From IMG/VR virus record IMGVR_UViG_3300042894_008610: a DNA stretch of 24,877 nucleotides, one strand, 5' to 3'. The DNA is from a virus. Lineage: Duplodnaviria > Heunggongvirae > Uroviricota > Caudoviricetes. Numbering within the stretch: position 1 is the stretch's first letter; each line of letters opens with the position of its first letter. The position numbers and the translations under genes are program-made. This document shows positions 6,807-16,200 of this stretch, in pieces. The notes under the pieces are model-generated. The model was not told where the DNA came from, made no database searches, and worked only from the letters and a program-made list of their open reading frames with translations.

Positions 6807-8975
6807 TTAAAAATCTAATTTAACTACAAACTGTTGTATACCCGCTCTTAGAACAGGAGATTGTAGTTTAGATATAACAATAAGGTCTAAATTAGAATCG
6901 TAAAGCCCAATTTCAGTAATGTAAGGGTTTGTCCCTGTTACAAATGTTGGGTTTGAACTCGTTGTAAATTGATTATTACCCAAGTTGATTAGATATCTCA
7001 TCTCGTATATTGTCGCCGCAACATCAGTTTGTAGATTACCATAGAAATAATATTCATCCCCAAAGTTGAGTAACTCTGTTTGTCCGTTTTGAGGTATGTC
7101 TATGTAATTCGCTAAATTGTATGTGGTTGCACCTGTGTAATCCTCCAAAGATATTTGGAACACTTGGCTAGTAATACCTGAAGCGGTTATGAAATCATTT
7201 ATTGTTGTTCCCGATAATTGGTCGGTAACATCAATTTCTCTCCATAAGTTTGGTTGTGGTCTTGTATCACCTGAAACTAACTGACAAATAATCTTCATAC
7301 TTGTTGCAGTAAACCCTTCAGTAGAACCAGTACCTAAGAATGGGAACTCATTACCAAATCTAATTGCAACGTTCTGTGAATTCTCGGTACAAGCAGTTGT
7401 TGGTCCAAGAATACTTGAATAGTAGTTACAATGTAACGAATCAGTGAATCCTGTTGAATCAAATCTATAAGTGACCCACATCTTTTCAGTTTCATTATTC
7501 ATCACACCTTGACCTGAATTGTTATTTGTAAAACAAGTGTTAGGCGTAATCAAACTAAGTTGTGGTGCAGGTATCGTCCAGTTTCTATTTGCCTTATATG
7601 AAAGTGCAGCAACAACTTCTTCATCATCTATAATAACAATTTCTTGGTCAGGGAATACCTTACCAATTCTGTTAAGATTATTGTTATCGTCAGGGTTGGT
7701 ATCATATAAATGATAATATCTAATACCCGGGTCATTCATATCAGGATTTGGAACCGACTTAATATAATATGGGACACATAAGTCATATCCCGGAGGGTCT
7801 ATGTAAAATACTTCACCCGTTGTATTACCAGTTGACTTGTGCCACATCAATGTTGGAATTGTCAACTTAAAGTTTCTTGCTAATCCTGGGTCTGATGTTG
7901 GGTTTTGTGGGTCAAAAGGAACTGTTGCAAATTTCTCAGCATAAACATTATCAATAGATTGATTAGTGTAGTGGATAATTGCAATAGTTTTTTGGTCCTT
8001 AGGTTGAACCACTACTTTTTCATCAAAAGAATTATAATAAAAAGTTTGGCTTGTATCAGTCTGACCACTATTTTCTTGATAACCAAGATATTCTTTGGTT
8101 CCAATATAAGTAACAGAATTGTATTGATTAAACCCTTCATATGTTGATGTGAAAACTCCTGCGGGTGATTCGCTCCAAGGAATATTCATATTCCAAATTA
8201 AAGTACTTTCTTTTTCACACTCATCAGTTGGTAGTGTCGGAACAATAGTATCGTAAAGTTCTGTCATACCTGAAGGATATACTAAACATCTTGCAATAAC
8301 ACCCGCAGACTGACCAGTATAAATTGGTACAGCTCTGTCTAATGTTAGTGTCCAAGTTGTTGTTCCTGTTGTTCCTGTTGCAGGGTCAATATCCTGTATC
8401 TTGTATGTTAAAACAGGAGATGTTGTAAATTCACCTGTATTGTATCCATTACCATCAAAGAAGAATGTAATGAAATCACCGATTGATGGTGTCCCTGTTG
8501 TTGACGCGGCAAAGTCATAAGTAATTGAAACCCCACTTGTTTGTCCTGATAAAGTATTCATCTCAACAACATAGTTAGATGTAACTGTGTAGGCTGAACT
8601 TGTCTGAGCACTAAATGGGTAGGTATTACCTGTCACAAAAAACCCATAAGGAACTTGTGAATTATAAATGTAGTCGATATTGGAATCCATAAACGGTATT
8701 CCGTAAGTATTTCCTGTTACTCCTTTAACAAATAACGGGTATTTAATATTCTCTTTGTTAGACTGTGGGACACCGTTATCATTCTGAGCATTAAATGCCG
8801 GCATCAATATGTCATTATTTGTAACACTATAACTTGGTACCGCAGTGTAATTTACTTCACTGTCCCCAATTGAAAAATAGGAAATCTGGAAACTTCCCTG
8901 AGAAATGTTTCTTCTTCCAACATCAGTAAGTCTAGTGTTGATTAACCCTGAAGTATTTTTAATGATATATCCCAT
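6807..8975 (-). CDS. Putative baseplate/tail-associated structural protein (722 aa) with tail-collar-fibre-like termini
   Basis: N-terminal RLTDVGRRNISQGSFQISYFSIGDSE and C-terminal YITEIGLYDSNLDLIVISKLQSPV resemble the two ends of the DUF3751 tail-collar domain (LTxxG...GD; EIGLxD...LIA). T/G/S/N-rich, beta-strand-like middle. Confidence 0.6.
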   Translation of the reverse strand: MGYIIKNTSGLINTRLTDVGRRNISQGSFQISYFSIGDSEVNYTAVPSYSVTNNDILMPAFNAQNDNGVPQSNKENIKYPLFVKGVTGNTYGIPFMDSNIDYIYNSQVPYGFFVTGNTYPFSAQTSSAYTVTSNYVVEMNTLSGQTSGVSITYDFAASTTGTPSIGDFITFFFDGNGYNTGEFTTSPVLTYKIQDIDPATGTTGTTTWTLTLDRAVPIYTGQSAGVIARCLVYPSGMTELYDTIVPTLPTDECEKESTLIWNMNIPWSESPAGVFTSTYEGFNQYNSVTYIGTKEYLGYQENSGQTDTSQTFYYNSFDEKVVVQPKDQKTIAIIHYTNQSIDNVYAEKFATVPFDPQNPTSDPGLARNFKLTIPTLMWHKSTGNTTGEVFYIDPPGYDLCVPYYIKSVPNPDMNDPGIRYYHLYDTNPDDNNNLNRIGKVFPDQEIVIIDDEEVVAALSYKANRNWTIPAPQLSLITPNTCFTNNNSGQGVMNNETEKMWVTYRFDSTGFTDSLHCNYYSSILGPTTACTENSQNVAIRFGNEFPFLGTGSTEGFTATSMKIICQLVSGDTRPQPNLWREIDVTDQLSGTTINDFITASGITSQVFQISLEDYTGATTYNLANYIDIPQNGQTELLNFGDEYYFYGNLQTDVAATIYEMRYLINLGNNQFTTSSNPTFVTGTNPYITEIGLYDSNLDLIVISKLQSPVLRAGIQQFVVKLDF

Positions 8976-8981
8976 ATAATA

Positions 8982-8988
8982 TTAAATA
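8982..8988 (-). promoter_or_regulatory. Putative phage late-promoter motif TATTTAA-N6-ATG
   Basis: Minus-strand TATTTAA at 8988-8982, exactly 6 nt before ATG 8975; same spacing at three other sites. Confidence 0.5.
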
Positions 8989-9004
8989 GTTTTACAATAT
9001 TTTT

Positions 9005-10996
9005 TTATTGTACTGTTACTTGTGATGCATTTATTGTATGACTTAATTTAGCCTCTCCTTGATTGTATAACGCTGAACAACAATTACATCCGTTAATTGA
9101 AACGTTACTTAAGTATACTGTAATATTTTGTGTTACCTCAGTCATACATCCATTAACATTCAACGGAGTGGTTATATTAACATTTGAGTTACAAGCTCCA
9201 CTTACCACATCACCAGCAACCATAGTAATTGGGTATGTATTAACATAATCAGTTGTGTATTGGTTATTTGGTGCACAGAATGGTCTTGGGTCAACAGATG
9301 ACGAACCTGTTGTTGTAGGTGTAAGTACGTTTGTATTCTTCTTAGTTGTCAGTGTGTAAGTTGCACTACCATCACCAGGTTGTTTTTCAATTTGTTCAAC
9401 ATCGATTCCTAAATCAAATGATAATGTAACACCAGGTGATAAAGGTGGCAGTACATTTACTCTCCAAGTAATATTTCTACTAAATGTAGCGTTAGTCGCT
9501 TGGGTTAATTGTTGTATTCCAACTGAGTATGTTACCGGTGATGCTTGTGAAGCAACTACGACAGTTTGTTGGTATTGAGCGTTATTTTGGTCTTTTACCA
9601 CTACAGAATATGCGCCAGGACATAATCCGTTTACGACATTGGTTCCATTGAATGTAACTCCGTTATCTGTTGAATATAAATAAGGTCCGATTCCGCCAGA
9701 TGGTAAAATTGTTATCGCTCCATCACAACTACTTAGACAACTTGATGCCTGTGCAGTTACTTTAGCACTTATAACATTAATTGTTGAACAAGTACCAGTG
9801 TAAACTGTTACGTTAGCATTTTTAGTAGCTCCAACAGGATACCATCCTGATAATGGTACTGATGAAGCGTCTTGAGAAGCAACAGTTCCACCATATTGAG
9901 TGTAACCAGTTACATACCAAGTACTATTCTGTGGGTTCCATACCATACCATAAGTTGAACCATTTGACCAACTTGGTTTACCATTAATACTACCATTCGG
10001 GAAGAATTGGATTTGTTCAGGAGTGTTCTGACCCCATTGGATAAACATACATAAGTTTGGATACACAGGTGTTGCAGATGGTGTGATTGAAGGTGTTGGT
10101 GTATTAGTTGGTGTAGGTGATGGTGCTATTAACGAACAAGATGTATATGCTGTGAAATCACCATAAAAGTCGGATACAACAACTTGGTAAGACCCCCCCT
10201 TTAAGTTAAATAAGTAAGGTGTTTTTTGTCCACCCTCCCAAGTTATATCGTAAGGTGGTGTTCCACCTGTGATAGTTAGATATAATTTACCATCAAAACT
10301 TTTTGGTGTTGATGGGTTAACACCATAACAACTAACTCCCATTGGGAATACTGTGAACACATCACAATCATTCTTTGGGACATAAATAACATTGTTTGTT
10401 GGTGTCGGAGTTGGTGTTGGTGTATTAGTTGGGCTTGAAGTTACGGTTGATGTAACTGTTGGAGTAACTGTAGCAGTTGGTGTTGAATAAGGTGTAGCCG
10501 TTGGTGTTTGAGTTGGGCAAGTTGTAGATGCCGGAACAAATAGTTTTGTAACTCCGTTATGTGGTTTAGTGTAGTCAAATATAATTGTTGTGCCAGAACT
10601 TGTTCCATATACATAGTTTCCACAACAATCGTAGTAATAACACTTCTCACTAGTCGTATATCCTGAACCACAAACAATAGATGTTGGTGTTGGAGTATAA
10701 TTAGGTGTTCTAGTTGGGAATGGTGTTGGTGTTATACTTGGCTCGGGTTCATCAACACAAGGATTTAATAAAATACCATTAAAATTTATAAAACCACTTC
10801 CACCATTTTCAATATAAACATCTTGACTCGTTGCGTATGAACCACTTTCTTGACAACCACAAACACTATAAAAATTACCAGGTTGTATGGTTGCACTTTG
10901 TGATGTAGTTCCATCATTACAAGAATACGAATAAAAAATCTGAGGAGATTCAGACTCATTCCATACCATCCATCTAATACAAGTAGTACAAGCCAT
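9005..10996 (-). CDS. Putative virion surface/fibre protein (663 aa): Cys-rich modules, Thr/Pro linkers, two SprB-type repeats
   Basis: GKLYLTITGGTPPYDITWEGGQKTPYLFNLKGGSYQVVVSD and GAITILPSGGIGPYLYSTDNG...GLCPGAYSVVVKD match the SprB repeat pattern (GGxxPYxY...LxxGxYxVxVxD). PTPTPT linkers. Confidence 0.7.
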   Translation of the reverse strand: MACTTCIRWMVWNESESPQIFYSYSCNDGTTSQSATIQPGNFYSVCGCQESGSYATSQDVYIENGGSGFINFNGILLNPCVDEPEPSITPTPFPTRTPNYTPTPTSIVCGSGYTTSEKCYYYDCCGNYVYGTSSGTTIIFDYTKPHNGVTKLFVPASTTCPTQTPTATPYSTPTATVTPTVTSTVTSSPTNTPTPTPTPTNNVIYVPKNDCDVFTVFPMGVSCYGVNPSTPKSFDGKLYLTITGGTPPYDITWEGGQKTPYLFNLKGGSYQVVVSDFYGDFTAYTSCSLIAPSPTPTNTPTPSITPSATPVYPNLCMFIQWGQNTPEQIQFFPNGSINGKPSWSNGSTYGMVWNPQNSTWYVTGYTQYGGTVASQDASSVPLSGWYPVGATKNANVTVYTGTCSTINVISAKVTAQASSCLSSCDGAITILPSGGIGPYLYSTDNGVTFNGTNVVNGLCPGAYSVVVKDQNNAQYQQTVVVASQASPVTYSVGIQQLTQATNATFSRNITWRVNVLPPLSPGVTLSFDLGIDVEQIEKQPGDGSATYTLTTKKNTNVLTPTTTGSSSVDPRPFCAPNNQYTTDYVNTYPITMVAGDVVSGACNSNVNITTPLNVNGCMTEVTQNITVYLSNVSINGCNCCSALYNQGEAKLSHTINASQVTVQ

Positions 10997-11643
10997 TATA
11001 CGCAGAGTGTAAAGTTGATTATGATTCCACTTGAATCTATTTGTACCGCATATGTGTTAGCTCCGAATATCATTTTTCTCCATCTATTACCTTGATTTAC
11101 AGGGTTGAATAAACTACCACCAATGTTTGTTTGATAAACTGTTGCACCTATTACAGGTGTTGATGGTGTCGCAACATAAGAAGTATAGTAATAGTCATCT
11201 AAAAGTGTATCCAAACACGCACTTGATGAATTAACATATAAATTTCTACCTATTTGATGCGGATAAACCAAACTTGTTGGTGTTGGAGTAGGCGTGTTAC
11301 TTGATGTAGGTGTTGGGGTCGCTTGAAGTGTTGTTGAAGGTGTTGGTGTAATACTAGCGGTTGGTGTTGTAGTTGGAGTATGTGTTTGTGTTGGAGTTTG
11401 TGTTGGCGTATTAGTTGGTGTTGGAGTTGGTGTTATGTAAAGAGTCTGATAAACGGTACAACCCGCAGCATCAACAATTTTAATCACAAAGTCTAATGAA
11501 GAATATGAATCAGGAACATCAAATGTATAAGGGGCACTTGCAACAGTTGCAACTGAAACACAGTTCCCACTAAAACTATCGCAATAAAAAACCTCAAACG
11601 GTAAGTTTGCTGTAATATTAGGTATGGTAACTGTTTGACTCAT
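10996..11643 (-). CDS. Putative virion protein (215 aa): two Cys-containing domains joined by a Thr/Pro linker
   Basis: N-terminal ~70 aa is similar to the N-terminus of the 535-aa protein; central TPTPTPT run. Confidence 0.75.
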   Translation of the reverse strand: MSQTVTIPNITANLPFEVFYCDSFSGNCVSVATVASAPYTFDVPDSYSSLDFVIKIVDAAGCTVYQTLYITPTPTPTNTPTQTPTQTHTPTTTPTASITPTPSTTLQATPTPTSSNTPTPTPTSLVYPHQIGRNLYVNSSSACLDTLLDDYYYTSYVATPSTPVIGATVYQTNIGGSLFNPVNQGNRWRKMIFGANTYAVQIDSSGIIINFTLCV

Positions 11644-11649
11644 TTATCT

Positions 11650-11656
11650 ATAAATA
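11650..11656 (-). promoter_or_regulatory. Putative phage late-promoter motif TATTTAT-N6-ATG
   Basis: Minus-strand TATTTAT at 11656-11650, then AGATAA, then ATG 11643. Confidence 0.55.
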
Positions 11657-11672
11657 ACATTTTTCATTTTTT

Positions 11673-13280
11673 TTATTGTCTAACTCCAAGTCCTCTGACT
11701 CTGTCTGTAAATATTGTATTACCATTTGTGGTTGGTGTCCAAATTTCTCCGTCATTTGAAACCGCAAGTTGATTTGTTCCAATACCACCCATAATCCATT
11801 GGTTACCGTCCCAAGCAACTGAATACACTAATACAGTAATTATACCACTAGCGGTACTTGATGGTTGCCAACTGAACCCATCAGTTGAATATGCAATTTT
11901 ATTTGTCCCTCCACCACCGGCTAAGAATCTTAAACCATTGTGAGATACTGCGTATGTATCTGATGTAAATACGGTGTTTCCGTTTGTGGATGCAGACCAA
12001 GTAATACCATCGTAAGAAATTGCAACCTTATTTGTTCCACTTCCAACCGCAACGAATCTATCATTATACCAAACAATACTTCTAACTGCACTGTTTATAA
12101 TTGAATTACCATTTGCCGATTGGAACCAAGTAACCCCATTATCATCAGAATAGAATATTGTTTGAGTAACTAAACCTCCAGCTTGTCCACCAATAACCCA
12201 TCTACTTCCATTTGAAGCCGTACATAACAGTGCGTTGTTACCAAACACACCACTGGCTGAACTTCCTGTCCAAGTTATACCATCATTAGAATATGCAACT
12301 TTTGACGCTCCTGAATTAATACCAACCGCCATCCAAAGACCATTATACCAATTCACCCCATAAACCAATGTACCAAATATTGAACTTCCATTCGCCGAGT
12401 CGACCCAAGTATCACCATCATACGAGTATAGTAACTTGTTAGTACCAGATGCTCCAACAACAAATTTAACACCGTCACTCGCAACGCTCCAAGTTGTACT
12501 TGATGCCAAAGCATTTCCGTTTGTAGAATTAGTCCAATTTAATCCATCCGTACTATACCCAAGTTTATTAATTGTTCCCGCAGCAACTATCAAAGGAGGT
12601 AGTGGTGCGGTTCCACTTGGTGTTTGTGTTGGGGTATAACTTGGTGTTGGTGTATTAGTGTTAGTTGGTGTATTAGTTGGTGTATTTGTAGGTGTTTGAG
12701 TATTCGTAGGAGTATTTGTTGGTGTTTGAGTATTCGTAGGTGTATGTGAAGGAGTATTGGTTGGGGTATTTGAATTTGTAGGAGTATTAGTATTTGTCGC
12801 AGTGTTAGTAGGAGTGTTTGTAGGCGTACTTGAATTTGTTGGGGTATTTGTTGTAGTATTTGTTGGTGTAGTAGTTGTTGTAGGCGTTTGAGTATTTGTC
12901 GGTGTATTTGTCGGAGTATTTGTCGGAGTAGATGTCGGAGTATTTGTTGTAGTATTAGTTGGTGTTACAGTTTGTGTATTTGTATTAGTCGGAGTGTTGG
13001 TATTTGTTGGGGTGTTTGTTGGTGTAGTAGTAGGTGTCGGTGTTGGAGTAGGTGTAAAATATATTAAAGACGTTCCTGTAAGAACACAATTTGACGCATC
13101 CACAACTTTCAAAACATATTCATCTGAATTATCGTATGGTGATGGTATGTTAAATGTATATGGTATCTCAGAAGTCGTAATTCTATCAATATAAAAACAG
13201 CCTGTCCCATCAAATTGACAGATGTAAACGTCATAAGGACTTGTTCCTGTTAACCCATTTATTGTTACTTGAATTGCCAT
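11673..13280 (-). CDS. Putative adhesin/receptor-binding virion protein (535 aa): N-terminal module, ~150-aa Thr/Pro/Asn stalk, 7-bladed Asp-box (BNR-like) beta-propeller
   Basis: Seven ~43-47-aa repeats, each with an S-x-D-(x)-G-x-x-W Asp-box: STDGLNW, SYDGDTW, SNDGITW, SDDNGVTW, SYDGITW, STDGFSW, SNDGEIW. Confidence 0.8.
   Translation of the reverse strand: MAIQVTINGLTGTSPYDVYICQFDGTGCFYIDRITTSEIPYTFNIPSPYDNSDEYVLKVVDASNCVLTGTSLIYFTPTPTPTPTTTPTNTPTNTNTPTNTNTQTVTPTNTTTNTPTSTPTNTPTNTPTNTQTPTTTTTPTNTTTNTPTNSSTPTNTPTNTATNTNTPTNSNTPTNTPSHTPTNTQTPTNTPTNTQTPTNTPTNTPTNTNTPTPSYTPTQTPSGTAPLPPLIVAAGTINKLGYSTDGLNWTNSTNGNALASSTTWSVASDGVKFVVGASGTNKLLYSYDGDTWVDSANGSSIFGTLVYGVNWYNGLWMAVGINSGASKVAYSNDGITWTGSSASGVFGNNALLCTASNGSRWVIGGQAGGLVTQTIFYSDDNGVTWFQSANGNSIINSAVRSIVWYNDRFVAVGSGTNKVAISYDGITWSASTNGNTVFTSDTYAVSHNGLRFLAGGGGTNKIAYSTDGFSWQPSSTASGIITVLVYSVAWDGNQWIMGGIGTNQLAVSNDGEIWTPTTNGNTIFTDRVRGLGVRQ
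12610..13056 (-). repeat. Degenerate TPTN/TPTQ coding repeat (mucin-like stalk)
   Basis: Low-complexity ggtgt/gtatt/gtagg sequence, including a near-perfect 30-bp duplication around 12692-12745. Confidence 0.9.
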
Positions 13281-16200
13281 TAGTTACACTCAGTTATTGT
13301 TGATGGGGTTATGGAAATAATTCCGTCTACGATTGAAGTTACAGTATCGTTTAGGTTTGTTGAAGGACATATGTCACAAGTTGTAACAGTATATGTTTTA
13401 CTAGCAGATGTCTGACCTTGTGGTATACTAATAACCAAATTGGTGGTACCATTTCCTAAACAGTCACTAGTTGATAACTCAATTGTTACCGTAACATTTG
13501 TAGGTGCCGGATATGGTGTTCCACCATTTCTTAGTGTAACCGTTACCTGATTATCTTGTCTTGTATATCCACCACATTGGTCAGGTAAACCTGTTCTAAA
13601 TATAGATTCGGATAATGTAACACATAACGCCAATGGTGACGGTGTTGGTGTTAAACCAGGTGTTTTAGTAACACCAGGTGTTTGAGTTATCAATACCACA
13701 GGGTTCGCTAAACAATCAACACAATTAGCATAAATGGTTGGTTTATTTAAATTGAAATAATTTCCTGTGAAGTAAGTTAAAATTGTTTGACCTGCAGGGT
13801 AGTAATTCAAGAATTGTCCAACATAAGTCCAACATTCACCATTTACAGTTTGGAATGTTTGTCCTGTCATAATAGCAAAATTCGTAGGTTGAGTTTGCAT
13901 TATTGTGGACTGAGGATAGTTAGACTGATTCAATGCACAAGTTTGGAATACATAAACAAAGTCTGCCGGTGATGCGGTAGGTGTCATAGTTGGGCTTGGA
14001 GTTATAGTTGGTGTCGGTGTGTTTGATGCTGTAACACTTGGTGTAGGTGTCAATGTGAATCTACAATCAGTGCAGTTAGCATAAAGTTGAACAATAGAAT
14101 TAAGAACCGAGTTTGGTTGTGTATTACTATCGTTTCTATCATATGTTAAACAGAATAGGTCACCATTCACGTATCCGCCAAAAGTTGTTCCAATTGAAAT
14201 AGGTATTCCGTTAAATGTTAATGTGTCGGATACATAGAACTCAAGATTACTATCACAATCTTTAAGAACTTTAGATGTTGGGCAAGTAAACGCCTCTTCA
14301 AAGAATGTATAAACTAATTGTCCACCAACTTCAACTGTTCTCGTAGGACTAATCGTAGGAGTCAATGTTGGCGATGGTGTTGTTGGTGTATAAGCTGAGA
14401 ATGAGAATGACATATCACCAGCACAAGTAGATGTTGACGGTGTTGGGGTTGGAGTTGATGGAATAGATGTAACACTAAATGTTACATTATCACAAGTAAT
14501 CGATGGTGTTGGTGTTGGGAATGGTACAAAATCACAATCAAAATATGCCGTAAAATCTAAAGTGTTACAATTTACCGAAGAAGGTGTTGGTGTAGGACAA
14601 GGTCCTGTTGAGAAGTAATTAGACGATATGTCGGGACATATTGAATAACAAGGGTATGTCCCCTCTAATAAACAAGTTCCACCTAAAGAATTACTTAAAC
14701 ACCAAACATCACCAGTATGATAGATGTAACCTGTGGTGATACCGTCTCCTGTATAGTAGAGTCTTGAATTGTATGTTCCAGCAACTTCAAAATTACCACT
14801 ATAACCTGAAAGGGTTGGATAGTTTGTTCTAAAACAAAATTCTGTGTATGGACAAGAACTTGGTGTTGATGAAACTGTTGGTGTATTTGTTGGTGTTGGG
14901 TTTGGTGTTGGGGTTGGTGTAGGTGTTAAAACACAACTACTACAATCGCTATATGATGGAACACCTAATGAAGGTCCACCTGGTCCTGAGAATTCAACAA
15001 ATGAATAACAACTACCATTGTAAAGATATGTTGCACCCACAAAAGCAGTGTCAGTGTCAACTAAGGCGTAAAATATGGTACCATCACTACACTTAGTTAA
15101 CAATGCAGAATCTTGAGGTCCTGTTCCTGTCGCAGTTGGCGTAGGTGTTGGTGTTCCTGTTGAAGTACTTGTTGGTGTTTGAGTTGGTGTCGGGGTGTTA
15201 GTCGCTGTTTGGCTATTGGTTGGTGTTACTGTAGGTGTTTGGCTATTGGTTGGTGTTACTGTAGGTGTTGGTGTCACACAAGGAACCGATATCAAACAAG
15301 TTGCACAATCGACTTGTAATGTGAACACAACTCCAACTGAGGAATAAAGATTACCAACAGCTGAATATGGAACCACAGTTCCACAACCATTATATCCTGA
15401 ACCACCAATTATACTATAAACCTGCCCAACTGTTAAAGTTCCTGGAACGTTTTCATATCGGTAATAATTACCGTAACAACAATCTTGAAATAAATAAATG
15501 TCATACGGTTCAGTTGACGTTGGTGTCGGTGTAGGGGTAGTTGTTGTGGTATTTGTGGGTGTTTGAGTCGGAGTAGTTGTTGTGGTATTTGTAGGTGTTT
15601 GAGTTGGAGTATTAGTTGCCGTATTTGTAGGTGTTTGAGTCGGAGTATTAGTTGCCGTATTTGTAGGTGTTTGAGTCGGAGTAGTTGTTGTGGTATTTGT
15701 AGGTGTTTGAGTTGGAGTATTAGTTGCCGTATTTGTAGGTGTTTGAGTCGGAGTAGTTGTTGTGGTATTTGTAGGTGTTTGAGTTGGAGTATTAGTTGCC
15801 GTATTAGTTGGTGTTGGCGTTTGGCTTGCTGTTTGTGTAGGAGTTTGTGTCAATAATGACATACTACAACTTTCACAGTCACCATAAAGTATTTTACTAG
15901 CAGGTGTGTCGTCAGGTGTATTATAACTTAAACCATTATATGTATAACACCCATTTGGGACAATCGAGTTTTGAAAAACTATGTAGAAAACATCAAAAGG
16001 TGTTGGTAAACTTGGTCCCCAATCAATAGTATATGTTACAAACGTATCACAATTAGTGATTGATACTATCGTATAACCTTCTGTTGGTGTTGGTGTCGGA
16101 GTGGGTGTATTAGTTGATGTCGGAGTTGGTGTTGCAGTTGGACATACAATTTCTTCTGTAGATAAACAAGACGCACAATTCGTACCCACACCATAAGAAG

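Noticed and set aside
15555-15806. 36-bp periodicity resembling a CRISPR array
   Set aside because: Units are contiguous with no unique spacers and lie in frame within a Thr/Pro coding region.
15563-15856. Plus-strand Cys/Arg/Ser-repeat ORF (SCRICRCL...)
   Set aside because: Antisense shadow of the 36-bp TPT array; no independent start signals.
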